Virus record (IMG/VR): IMGVR_UViG_3300030330_002454
Length of the DNA: 64,000 bases
Source: an uncultured virus (IMG/VR IMGVR_UViG_3300030330_002454)
Taxonomy: Duplodnaviria; Heunggongvirae; Uroviricota; Caudoviricetes
Direction: 5' to 3' (one strand)
Position 1 is the stretch's first letter. Each line of letters starts with the position of its first letter. Below, one piece after another: positions 36,601 to 47,500 of this stretch. Below the pieces are notes generated by a model, which was not told the origin of the DNA, did no database searches, and saw only the letters and a program-made list of their open reading frames with translations. A program made the translations under genes and the position numbers.

Positions 36601-39230
36601 ATCAAAGAATAGACGGGAATGTTTTAGGATCAGAGATTGCTGGGGTCGCAGTTTCTGATATGGAAGAGTCTAAAATATTTAATCTTGCAAACAGATTAGC
36701 TTCTTCTTGGTTACTTATTACTACTAATAAATATAAAAATGGTTATAATTCTCCTATTGAAAAATTCGATGTACCATTGCATAAATTTAGTGATCCAGAC
36801 CAAACTGTTTTAAGCTTACCATTCTTTAATGGTTACTGTGGGTTTGGTTGGGCATCTATACTTCCAAAAGTTTATGATTTAAGTCCTAAAGCTTATTGGG
36901 ATTCTGTAGTACGGTACATAGATAATAATCCATCAGCTTCTCTGCAAGAGAGTTATGGCTATACTCAAGAAATGGTAGATTTTATATCAAATATGCCAGA
37001 TGAGTATAACATGTATACATGTGACTTTGCTTGGCAAAATGAAATAAGATTAGCTAGTAGACGCGCTGGTGCTAGTACTGCTTCTAATAATATATCAACT
37101 AGATATGCAATAGGCTCTTCCTTTGAAGGACTTCAGCCATATTCCAATCTAGATTTATATAATCCATTAGCTGCGTATTTTTCAGAAACTAGCGCTAACG
37201 GTACTTACAATACAGATCACCCTAACAGTTTTAAACCTAGTCTGTTTGATATGTCAATCAAAAAAGACTATCATGAAGATTTGTATGGAGAATATAATCC
37301 ATTGTATTTAACTGATGTTATGTACTATAGAGCTCTTGATACAGTTAGTCATTTAAGATATTGGTCAGAGCATACGGTAAAAGCAACTAATTACTTATTT
37401 AACTATTCTGAATTGCCGCATATAAATAACATGCAAATTATTTACCAAGAAGATATTGGAAGCGATTTAGAACTTAGTGATGAATTTACAGCTGCATTTT
37501 CAACGTACGATTCAGTTGATAGTGAAGAGTCTGATTTTGAAAGGTATTTTAGATATCTAAAAAATAATATATTAGATTTTAACATTGAATCAGAGGTTGG
37601 AGGTTGTAATGATCCTACTATGTATAATTACAATGAGTTTGCTACCTATAACAATGGTACATGTATTGAAGCTGTAAGTGGTTGTATGCAAGACTGGGCA
37701 GATAATTATAATCCTGCTGCTAATACTGAAGACGGTTCTTGTTATGGTACTATTTGTACTAATCCTGATGCTACGGGATCTTTTGGTGCAGGGTATAATG
37801 CAAGCATGATAGATACTCTTACACAGTATGGTGCTATGTATAATACAGATGCTATCATAGAGGCTGAGAATGCTTTGGTTTCTACTTTGAATTCAGATGA
37901 TTTAAATGTTTGTCAGTTTACAGTAGTGCCTAGAAATGCAATACTTAAACTAGTTTGCATCCCTAGAGAAAAATTTGCTGGCCTTACTGTTTGTAACGAT
38001 AATCCTATTATTAGGTATATAGCAGACGCTGACACTGGAGATATATATAATCATACAAGTAACCCAGTTCTTATGGAAACTCCATTATTAGAGTTTATAA
38101 ATACTTCGGGCCGTACAGAGTTAGGTGCGGAGTATGTAGAGGACATTGGAGTATTTGAAAATGGTGTATCTAAACCTTACTTACTTAATGCATCTACTAT
38201 TTCATTCAATGGGCAGCAATATTATTATAATGGAATTGGTCCTAATGGATATACTAGCCATGGGTTTAAAACTATAATGACGGGACAGGGAGATCCATTT
38301 CCAAGTCAAGGGAATAACGGTACATTAAATAACTATGGAGATTATCATAATGTAATATCTAAAATAACAGATAAATACGTTTTAGGTAACGAAACTGATT
38401 ATATCGCTAATGGAACTCCTATTGTTAATAAAACTAAATATAATTGTGTAGAAAATCCAATACTGCCAGATGGTTCAGGAGGATGTTTTTTATACAGTCC
38501 TAATGGAGATGATAACGGTAATAGCTCTGTTAGAGTTAGCGCTTGTTCTCCTGGGCAAATTGAAACATTAAGTTACATGAACTGTGACAATGAAATTTTA
38601 TTTAGTCCTAGCGAAGAGAATGGAGGTTATCTTAGCAGTGTTTATTTTCTTAATACTTTTAATGATTGGGAACAAGGAGTTGGAACTTTAACACCCTGTG
38701 GTGATGCTGTTATACCTGCACAAAAATATATTGTAGGAGGAGATCTTGCAACAAGCGCTATAGGACAAACTAATGGTGTGCTGATTACTTATGATGAGTT
38801 GCCTTTGTATTCTAATTCACAGTTACACTCAATAAGTGGTTATCCTGCCGAAGTACTTGACCCTAATTTAATAGAGCCAGTCCGATTGGCTAATAGAGCT
38901 AATAGACCTAATAAAGGCCCTGATAGGCCTTTGGAAGCTCCTGTAGAACAGTATGTAATTACATCTAATCCTAAACTATTGTTAATGTCAAATTACCTTT
39001 ACACTGAAAATGGGCAAGGTTATACTGGGAATTTTACGATTTCGTTTAATTACAAAAACGAATCAGTAACATTTAATACTCATGGTAGAAATACAAATTC
39101 AAGGTTATATTTTAGAAATGAGTTACTTAGAATGGATAATGTTAAACTTACTGAGAAAGAAACTCTGGCTAAAAAAATGCACAAAGTTATAAATAAAATT
39201 ATTAATTTACCTATCTTTACCGACAATTAA
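33654..39230 (+). CDS. 1858 aa metzincin-like protein with Cys repeats
   Basis: VPVIMH; intact HEFGHLMGRVH (34806-34838); GCxD..NYN..A..DGSC repeats. Confidence 0.65.
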   Translation: MAKVPYTKVSKKIASGISRLSSNFFRPSCGHDHNQDEGPDEITTILRSAMQDLNRNYRSSGTPAENAAACADGSCETVYVPVIMHFHTYNDDPVSNYVFYGQFANGSSRIQKYNQTIAAFEELNKVFAGQYLDTVGTFGSLLNAQINDNTETDLVSNPSAFNSEQNWTKIKDFGYYTGGLVYDEETKQYVDEFVSHKELRELYPNIQFYFPKKIRKDHLLEGMYKEKTGLKVGLQELVDYLDVWHGNPIHGLLEQEYFYFAEDYPGAIFWDSALVDVEYVTKLNVLQQIINGNDKDLNISINPQTGPSYSVANPSSNVEGEDMLTMVNISGSKNTIFADMALTYDGHEYGPQNEWFTNHTEGWAQSLSIKGPANFPAERADILFHEFGHLMGRVHAWQSPSFAGVYFKEERLGSTSQVGFGSSYSLNYKTSILHSSSGDLTLKAGLFPGKGSLWGFEEVEDMCEEPLLAFDLKPPFSYDIENRKYKRALRDYNRAESEYDYWAPIVNYAINNDAYYDVPSLVALYPSGVTSTNVGSWVSNHLELYGIRKDILLEELNNTPERIIGDFGDISDEEKGYLEFVFNKFLPVLTDNFSIKTRFQSGDQEAGGSSSRIVIPVAYKQDDIPHINNMFIEGYDYQAEGNRNGMNPVMDLAADILTGVSSFWGGSYIIKNPPQLASEFEGEIVSKVFDRRYVFALRLEPGNHTYNEAVAIAEAEDGWRLPSSDEEIEIIAKSIRQHNTQQGYACDYTTLGGSSIPANFVYNLPFRSDYTSPVNQDNIDNGISDIPSWGCWTTVIPSPGGYTYRKVMSVSACPGLGWSGVPKSIDSQRSVLLIKKIDLLENPNIITQLVVNPADDDGNRIGPNISTHIPFCIQPTGTTPNGLNISMNTRYDHFWMHNFNAFNPIFPVYPDNTPVDNLLDPEFCPCLHNTQTYYNGDGNTYDFQIIGGGDNAWAAHAMMYTGTRASENMNEFRLSIGASKGDYQRIDGNVLGSEIAGVAVSDMEESKIFNLANRLASSWLLITTNKYKNGYNSPIEKFDVPLHKFSDPDQTVLSLPFFNGYCGFGWASILPKVYDLSPKAYWDSVVRYIDNNPSASLQESYGYTQEMVDFISNMPDEYNMYTCDFAWQNEIRLASRRAGASTASNNISTRYAIGSSFEGLQPYSNLDLYNPLAAYFSETSANGTYNTDHPNSFKPSLFDMSIKKDYHEDLYGEYNPLYLTDVMYYRALDTVSHLRYWSEHTVKATNYLFNYSELPHINNMQIIYQEDIGSDLELSDEFTAAFSTYDSVDSEESDFERYFRYLKNNILDFNIESEVGGCNDPTMYNYNEFATYNNGTCIEAVSGCMQDWADNYNPAANTEDGSCYGTICTNPDATGSFGAGYNASMIDTLTQYGAMYNTDAIIEAENALVSTLNSDDLNVCQFTVVPRNAILKLVCIPREKFAGLTVCNDNPIIRYIADADTGDIYNHTSNPVLMETPLLEFINTSGRTELGAEYVEDIGVFENGVSKPYLLNASTISFNGQQYYYNGIGPNGYTSHGFKTIMTGQGDPFPSQGNNGTLNNYGDYHNVISKITDKYVLGNETDYIANGTPIVNKTKYNCVENPILPDGSGGCFLYSPNGDDNGNSSVRVSACSPGQIETLSYMNCDNEILFSPSEENGGYLSSVYFLNTFNDWEQGVGTLTPCGDAVIPAQKYIVGGDLATSAIGQTNGVLITYDELPLYSNSQLHSISGYPAEVLDPNLIEPVRLANRANRPNKGPDRPLEAPVEQYVITSNPKLLLMSNYLYTENGQGYTGNFTISFNYKNESVTFNTHGRNTNSRLYFRNELLRMDNVKLTEKETLAKKMHKVINKIINLPIFTDN

Positions 39231-39237
39231 TTTTACT

Positions 39238-40008
39238 ATGGCTATTACACTAGAATACTTACAAGACAGATATAACAAAGCTAATTCAGAATTAGATGCT
39301 TATGGCGCTAAACTATCAGACAAATTAGCAAACGGTACTGCTAGTTCAAAAGCTGTGCGTAAATTTAATTTAATGTCAGCATGGATTTCATTTATGGGAT
39401 CAAGACTAGAAGCTCCTATTCTTACTGAGGGAGTTTCTCCTAAAAGTATAACTTTACCTATTCCTTGCAGCGAACAACTTGCAACAGAAACTCCTGTAGG
39501 AGTTATTCCATATACAAATTTAGAGTTTTGTTTAGGGATTGAAAACTATAATGGAAGATTTATTCCTGTAGTTAAAATATCAAATTACAATCCTTACACT
39601 GAGGTTAACGGAAGTAAACTTACTTGCTCTGAATATTTACAGCATAGAATCACTGATAATACATCTAAAGATCCTAATAGAAGAAAATACATAGATGACA
39701 TGGGTGTATATAGAGGAGATTTTACATTTACTTTTTTAGGAAAAGAAGCAGATACATTTAAAATTAACTTGCCAAAAACTTCAGATTTTAACGGTCAAAA
39801 ATTTGTAGCTAGTTCTAACACTTCATTCGGTGAGTATGCAATAACATTAGCTGGATTAGGATACGGTGCCGCACAAAGCACTGTACAAAATCTTGTTTCT
39901 GGAGGAGTTAATGATTTTAGCTCAGGTAAATTTTTAACGACCGAAGTAAAAGATGTCTATAATAAAGCTTTAGAAGACATCGCAATAGAACTTAACATTA
40001 TATACTGA
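39238..40008 (+). CDS. hypothetical structural protein
   Basis: 256 aa ORF in the late operon. Confidence 0.55.
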   Translation: MAITLEYLQDRYNKANSELDAYGAKLSDKLANGTASSKAVRKFNLMSAWISFMGSRLEAPILTEGVSPKSITLPIPCSEQLATETPVGVIPYTNLEFCLGIENYNGRFIPVVKISNYNPYTEVNGSKLTCSEYLQHRITDNTSKDPNRRKYIDDMGVYRGDFTFTFLGKEADTFKINLPKTSDFNGQKFVASSNTSFGEYAITLAGLGYGAAQSTVQNLVSGGVNDFSSGKFLTTEVKDVYNKALEDIAIELNIIY

Positions 40009-40021
40009 TAAAAATATAAAA

Positions 40022-41569
40022 ATGGCAAAAACAACTAAACCTAAAGCATATGTTAGCTCTGAAGGAGATTTAATAACTGTTGTTCAGAATGGAGTAGAAA
40101 AACATATCACAAAAAAAGACCTTTTAAGTTATTTAGATAACCATATGTCTCAAATATCTGCAGATATAAAATCTGTAAAAAGACACCTTAACAGAAAAAC
40201 TATAGATAAAGATGCTCCAAATTTTAGATCAGCAATTTCTGCTGGAGAACCTTTAGGTAAGAAACATCTTACAACTAAAAATTATGTAGATCATAATTTA
40301 AAAAATGTTGTTAGATCTGATGGAACTACTCCATTAATAAAGAATTTATCTTACAGAAGAAGTCCTGAACAGTTTGGAGATAACGATGTAGTTACAAAAA
40401 AGTTTGTAGATGATAATTTAAAAAGTACTTTAAAAGCAGTTAAAAGATATGCGTCTACTACATCTTATCCAGCAGCATCTTCTGGAGACAGTTTTGTTAT
40501 TACTCATGAGTCTAATGCATTTGCAGAAGATGGTCCAGAAGTGCAGACAGGAGATTTAATTGTATGTATAGAAGATTCTATGGGGGGAACGCATTCTCAA
40601 GTAGGAGATCAGTTTGCAATTTTAAATACAAATGTTGTATTTTCTACAGAAGACCAAGCAGGTATATTAAAAGTAGCTAGTGATGAAGATATAAAAAACT
40701 TAGATTCATCTACCTCTGCTTTAACTCCTTTAAAATATAAAAGGGCTTTAGAGTTAAATAGTGAATACAATCGAACAGTTGTAAAAACTCCTACTTATAC
40801 ATTAACAGAAGATGAAAAAGGTATTATAGGGGTTATGTCTTCTCAAGGAGCAACCACTATAACACTGCCAACAATAGGAAGGTTAAAAAATCCTAAGCTG
40901 GTAAAATATATAATAAAAGATGAAAGTGGCCAAGCTGCTAAAAACACAATTACTATTCTTTCTTCTGGTGGAGATACAATTCAAGGCTCTAGAAGTTTTA
41001 TATTATCTACTAATAACGAGTCCCTAAAACTTTATACAGATGGCGAATCTAAGTGGTATGTAGAAGGAAATGTTTCTTCAGGCACTGGAGGAGGTTCAGG
41101 TGTAAAAACTTTTAGCACTGTAGATCTTACTAATGGAGAAAGAGCTGTTTCTACAGGAGCGTATGAATCTGTTATGGCTATAGATGTAGACTTAAGAGAA
41201 TATCCATTAGGCTCAGGATTTAAAATTATAGCTCACTCATTTTTTGCAGCTAACAGTAACACTAAAACAGTGGCAATAGGAGTAGACGGTACTCAAGTTA
41301 TACCATCTTCAAATACAGGTACTACGGCACCTAATGGTTTATTTTGCCATCATGAAGTAACAGTGCTACATTCTGACACTGCTCAGTATATGGCTTTTGG
41401 ATTTTGTTTAGTAGGGGCTGATATGGCTGCAGATGGAAGTGCTGCAGGCCTTACAAATAATTTAGATTTAGATTGGAATAGTAAAATAACGGTTAGTGTA
41501 GATGTTAATGCAGCCACAGCAGTTACAGATATAAAAGTATACGCATTACAAGTAGTACCTTTGAAATAA
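40022..41569 (+). CDS. tail-fibre-like protein
   Basis: TTKNYVD and TKKFVD fibre repeats, AGILKVAS...ALTP, and TITLP...IIKDESGQAAKNTITI...GDTIQG domain. Confidence 0.65.
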   Translation: MAKTTKPKAYVSSEGDLITVVQNGVEKHITKKDLLSYLDNHMSQISADIKSVKRHLNRKTIDKDAPNFRSAISAGEPLGKKHLTTKNYVDHNLKNVVRSDGTTPLIKNLSYRRSPEQFGDNDVVTKKFVDDNLKSTLKAVKRYASTTSYPAASSGDSFVITHESNAFAEDGPEVQTGDLIVCIEDSMGGTHSQVGDQFAILNTNVVFSTEDQAGILKVASDEDIKNLDSSTSALTPLKYKRALELNSEYNRTVVKTPTYTLTEDEKGIIGVMSSQGATTITLPTIGRLKNPKLVKYIIKDESGQAAKNTITILSSGGDTIQGSRSFILSTNNESLKLYTDGESKWYVEGNVSSGTGGGSGVKTFSTVDLTNGERAVSTGAYESVMAIDVDLREYPLGSGFKIIAHSFFAANSNTKTVAIGVDGTQVIPSSNTGTTAPNGLFCHHEVTVLHSDTAQYMAFGFCLVGADMAADGSAAGLTNNLDLDWNSKITVSVDVNAATAVTDIKVYALQVVPLK

Positions 41570-41575
41570 TAAGAC

Positions 41576-44500
41576 ATGATACAAAGTTTAAGAGACGCAA
41601 TAAATAACGGTAAAACCTCTGGGCAAATACAAAATATAACCCTTACTTACTCAATTCCAAATCTAGAACCTATTCTTGTAGATCACCCTAGAACGGAAGG
41701 AGTTAGAGTTTTACCTGGAACTTATATTACAGCTGACGCATTTGATGTTGAAATTATAAATAGTTTTTCTCAATGGAGTTATTTTATAAATGAATTATAT
41801 AAAGACTATGTAGTTTTAACTTTTGAAAAGGTTGAGTCTAATGCAGATGTGACTATAGAGTTTAATGCCTCTCTTACTGGTTTACATATGGTACATAAAA
41901 ATACACGTACCATAGAATTAAATTTAGGAATAAATTGGAACCTAGTACATTTTACAAATGGTGTTTTATTATTAAATTATGTAGTTTATGGTATTGGTAA
42001 ACTTTTAGGAATTCAAAATACAAATGTTTTATCTCCTATGAGCTTTGACCATTTAAATATAAATTATGTTAATTTATTTGATTTAAATGTTTCAGATTCT
42101 GGTTATGTGCAGCAAGGTTATATTAAAAATTACCATGCTATAATAATACAGACAATGTTTATTTTTGGAGATGTTTTTGGTAATCCTATGATATTTGGAT
42201 GTACAGATCCTAACTCTACAAACTATAATCCTGATGCAACACATAATGATTTTAGTTGCATACCTTTACCTGTCAGTCCAGATCAATCTATAAGACCGTC
42301 TCTGCGTTACAATGGATCTTTCGATGAGTATTTTTTAGCTAATAATTCTGAGATATATGCTTATGGAGTAGGGACATTTGAGTCTCCAATGCTTATTACA
42401 GATATTAATAATAATACTACTACTTTACCTTTAGGGTTTTCTGATGAACTTTATCCGCTTACATCTTTAGTAATAACAGATAAAGCGCCTGGTACTTATG
42501 GAGATAGTAGTGGGCAGCCTAGATATTACATAGTGCTTTCTCATGCAGGTGATATTAATGTTTTTAATAAAGATGGGCAGTTGCTTTCTGGAATGCCTAA
42601 TTATAGTTCTACAGATGTATCTGCTATAGTTTCTTATTATGTTCATAATATGAATATTAATTACCAGCCATATGGTACGGATAGACATTCTCTTTCTTGG
42701 ATTACAAAGAGAGGAGAAATTAAAAGATTAATATTAAATGATACATTAGCACAGCTTAATGATCAAGGTCAAACAGTAGCAGCTTGTGATTTAGATACAT
42801 ATACTCACGGTAATATTGAAGCTAACCAAACTTTTTCTACTATTGGTTCTCCTATAACAGACATTAATGGTGATTATTTAACTGTTAATGAGCAAGGTCA
42901 AATGTCTTCTATTATTGACACAAATTTAGAAGATGATGTTTTTGAAGCTAAATATGTAGGGATAGCTTATCAAAGTCTTCTTGGTAATTATGTAGAGACG
43001 ATGCAACAACTTTTTGATCCGCTCGATTCTCCTAAGCTACAATCCGATCCTTCTAATTTTACTGTACATCAAGATATTAGTAATTTAAAAACATGTTTTA
43101 TTCCTACTATTGATGGCGTTAAAGCTTTAAGTGTAGATTTATTTGGTAACTTTTTACAAATAACTAATTTAGATTTAGGTAGCCTATACACAGGTAGTCA
43201 TACTCATGCTGTTTGGGCAGGAGATATTGATATTTTTGCTTCTGGACAATATCAAATAGATGATAGCATTTCTGTAACGAGGACGATTTATGGTACTAAT
43301 GCTGCACCATCTAATATAGATTACGATTTTAAACCAACAACAAATGAGACACTAGCACATGATTCTACTGCAAGACCATTAATTACTAGAAATACTAATG
43401 CAGACTGCCATCCTCACTTTGGGTTTGATCCAGGACAAATTTTACTAAGACCTTTTAGTAAAGGGTTTAGTTTTGAAACTACTAGTATATATAATATAAG
43501 TGATAAAGAATGGAGTAATGGGGAGTTTTCTATAGGAGAAGCTCCTATAGATCATTCTTTATTTGCATCTTTACCTATAACTTTAGGAAATAAATTACAT
43601 AGAAGTTTCTTTTGTGATATTACTAAAATAAGCTACCTATCTTGGGCAGTTCCAGTAACTCAGTGGGCTTCAGATTATGAATTTTATCAATTAGGTTTTA
43701 TTAACTCTGAGCATGCTGAAGCAATTGCTAGTGGTAACACTGCTACTACAGAAGAATATAACAATCTTAGACACGTAGGTGATTTTCATTTAGCTATTGC
43801 TGTAAAGCATGGTTTTATATTAACTAAGGTTAATAATACAAATTTCTCATTAGTATCGCCTACAACTGAAAATGGTATTGAGCTTCATGTGTCTGGAGGT
43901 AATCCTAGTATGGAAAGTTTTAATGGTGGATGGACTCCTATATCTATGGAGTTTTCTCCTCATGATACTTATTTATATGCTATTATACAAAATCCTTTAG
44001 ACTCTTCAGATAGAAGACTTGCTATATATAATATACATTCTGGAGGTGGTATACATGGATGCACTTTAGGGCAGTTAGACTCTAGCATATCAAACGACGC
44101 TATAGTAATAGATATTGAAGAAATGGATCTTGAAAAAGTAACGCTTCAAGATGATGGCTCTATTTATATTTGGAGTGCAGTAAATGACTATATAAAAATA
44201 CCAGATCCAGATTTAAGAATGTCTGTAGATTTATTTAGAGCAGACCCTCAAATTTATATAGTTTCAGGATCTACATATACACCATCTCGATCTTATTTAC
44301 ACAATGCGTTAGATGCTGATTTAGATATGGGTCCAAAAAGTTCAATATCGGTATTTCAGTATACAGCTTCAGACGCTAGAATTAAATATGCCGAAGTATT
44401 TAACTCATCAGAACCTTCTATATCAATAGGAGAAGGAATAACTCTTATAAATAACTTTGAATACAATTCAAAATTTATAGGCTCTGGATTTACATTTGAC

Positions 44501-47500
44501 TCAATATCAAATACAGTTTCTCAAAATGTAGAAGTAGATAATACAGTTCCTGAAGCTGCAGCGGTTCAAACTGCTAATAATTTAAATTTAGGAATTGTTG
44601 CTTATATTATAGAAAATGATGGATATATTGTATTAAAAGGTTACGATGGTACACCTATTATAGCTTATGATGCAACAGCAGAAAGTTATGATTTTAAAGA
44701 CTCTGTATTTATAACTTCAAGTGAGTCAGGTATTAATGACTATTTATTTGGATATGCAGATGGTGCTGCTGGGTCTTACACAGTTAAAAGTTTTGCAGCT
44801 ACTATTAATGCAGATGATCTTACATCATACTCTTATGAACTAAATTCTAACACTGCAACTCTTACAAATAGTATTAATGGAAACTACGCTTTCATACACG
44901 GCGCTAGAATTTTAAAAACTGATTTAGAACAAGATAAACTTTTATTCTTAAGAACTGTAACAGATGTAACTTCTACTGAAAATAAAAAAGAAATTTATTT
45001 AACCTTAGCTGAATATACTAATAATGGCTTTGAAACATCTGACAGCATTATTCCAATACATAATATATTAAGCGACAAACTTTCTGAAAACGCATCCACT
45101 TTTAGTATTTCTGGAATACAATTATATACTACTATAGCTGTAAGTCGAGATAATAATTACATAGCTATTGGTACTATGTCTAAAAGTGCTAATCATTTAC
45201 ATACTGAACTTTCTTTAAGTGTTTATCATTTAGATATTACTGCTGATATTAATAGCGGTAATGTAATAGGATCTCAAGTAGGAATAACTGCAAAAATGGA
45301 CGTACACTTGACAGAAGACTATGGAGATTCTTTTGTTCCAATGACTAATAGTATTATTAGAGGATTAGAATTTTCTAATTTTAATACTACTGATCAGTCA
45401 TATAAATTATATTGTTTAATAGGTAAACATGGTTCTTACGCGTCTACTACAATTGAAGGACTTTCTAAATCTAACAGAATAGTAAGATTTAAATTAACAG
45501 CAGATGTTTTATCTTTTGATGGTCCTTTAGTAAATCAACAGACATTTCCAGAACCTGAAGGAACTAGTGTTCAAAATTTTGTAACATTTACAGATGGGGT
45601 TTCAGATCAGGGTAATTCTTTTTATGCAAATAACTCAGCACCTATAGGATTATTTTTAAACGCAGAGGGAGAGATATTTATATCTAATATAATAACTTCA
45701 CAGTTATATAGACCTAATGCCCCAGAAGAAAAAGTTATTTTTGTTGGGGGATATGTAAGTGATTCACCGTCGTCAAATTCAAGATTATTTAGAACAGCTT
45801 GTATCAAAAGTATTTTTGATGAAGTAAGAAGTATTAGAAGCGCAGGTTACTCTGCTCTTGTACCTTCTGGCGCTGTTGGAGGTGTTAAAAGTGGAGGGCC
45901 TGGAGACTTCGAGGAGTTTGAAGACCCTACAATAGAAATTTTACCTCCTGTAGCAACTCAAGGATGTACAGATCCAACTGCTGTAAATTATAACCCTTGG
46001 GCTACTATTGATGATGGATCATGTCTGTACGAATCAGGAGTAGGTAATTGTTTTGGAACTTGTACAGGAGATGGATTCTCTCTTTTAAATTTATTTGCTG
46101 ACTATTATGGTAATGTCTTTTATGACATGCTTGAAGAGATTCAAAATGTAAGTAATAATTTTTGTGGACTATCGCTTACACTAGAACAAATATCTGATCT
46201 GTTAAATCAAGATACTGGTGGGCAAGTATTAGCGCTAGCGCTTTTCCAAACTTTTAAAAATCCTTACTGTAATTGTTCGTGTACTTATTATGCAGAATTT
46301 ATAGCAGAGTATTCTTTTCAAAGTTTTTATGACGTTACTACAGAAGACGTTATGAATTATGGGAATGAAGGTTCCTTACCTTGGTTTACTAATATCTTAG
46401 AAGCCGAGGCACAAGGGTACCCTCTTGGTGATATATGTTCAGTAAATCTTTTTCAAACAACTTCAAAATATTATTATATACCAACACAAGGTTACTCAAG
46501 CGCAATTAACGCACAAAATATTAATTTAGGAACAGATCCTTTTGTTACAGGAAGTGATGAGCAACTAGTTTTACTTGGTGGAATTGTTGGAGGAACTCAA
46601 GGTACAGGAGCTATATCGCCTGGATACGCTAATGTTATTCATATAGATGATTGGAACGAAGATTATTGTAGAACTTGTACAGATCCAGGATCTCCTAATT
46701 ATGTAGGTATAACACCTGAAGCTTGCGAGCAAGCAGATCAGTTTTGTTTTGATGATCCTGCATACTGCGGTGCGTTTGGTTGTACTGATCAAAATGCATG
46801 TAATTATATGCCTGCTGCTACTGTAAATGATGGTTCTTGTCAATACGCTCCTTCTGGAATAAATAGTTATGGAACTGACGTTGGTGTAATATGCGGATGC
46901 CCAGGAATTGGCGCTCAAGAAAATGGATTTAATTTTGGCTATTATGCATCTTCTTATTGTGGAGGATGTTTAACTGAAGAAGAAAGAGCTGAATTAAGAG
47001 AAAAATCTGAATTTTGTAATTGTGATGGAACTACTGTTCCTACAGGAAATCCTTCTAACCAAGGTATGTGGGGTATAGCTCACTACTGTGATTGTGAAGG
47101 GCAAACACCAAGTGATATAGCTGAAAATGCAGGAGAGTACGGTTGTATATGTGATCAAAATGGAAATTTAAGTAATTATTCTACAGGAGGACAGTTTCCT
47201 GTAGGTATATGTGATTGCTATGGTTCTACTAGTCTGGGTCCTGGATGTAGTTGCGGTGAATACACTTCTCAAGATGATTGGGCTGACCTTGAACTATTAG
47301 ATTATGATCACTGGTGTGATTGTAATACACCTGCTGCACTCTGGTATCCAAAAAATACGGATGGCTCATATACAGCTCATTGTGATGCAGTTCCTTTAAA
47401 AATTTGTCAATCCGCAGGCTCATACGGCGAGGAAAATAACCCTACTGTTAACTGGTTCCATGGGTACGAAGGAGATTTAGGAATTGATGATACTCTTTCT

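Noticed and set aside
39212..39219. Internal promoter TATCTTTA upstream of 39238
   Set aside because: Mismatch to TAnnTTTG and no -33 element at the right spacing.
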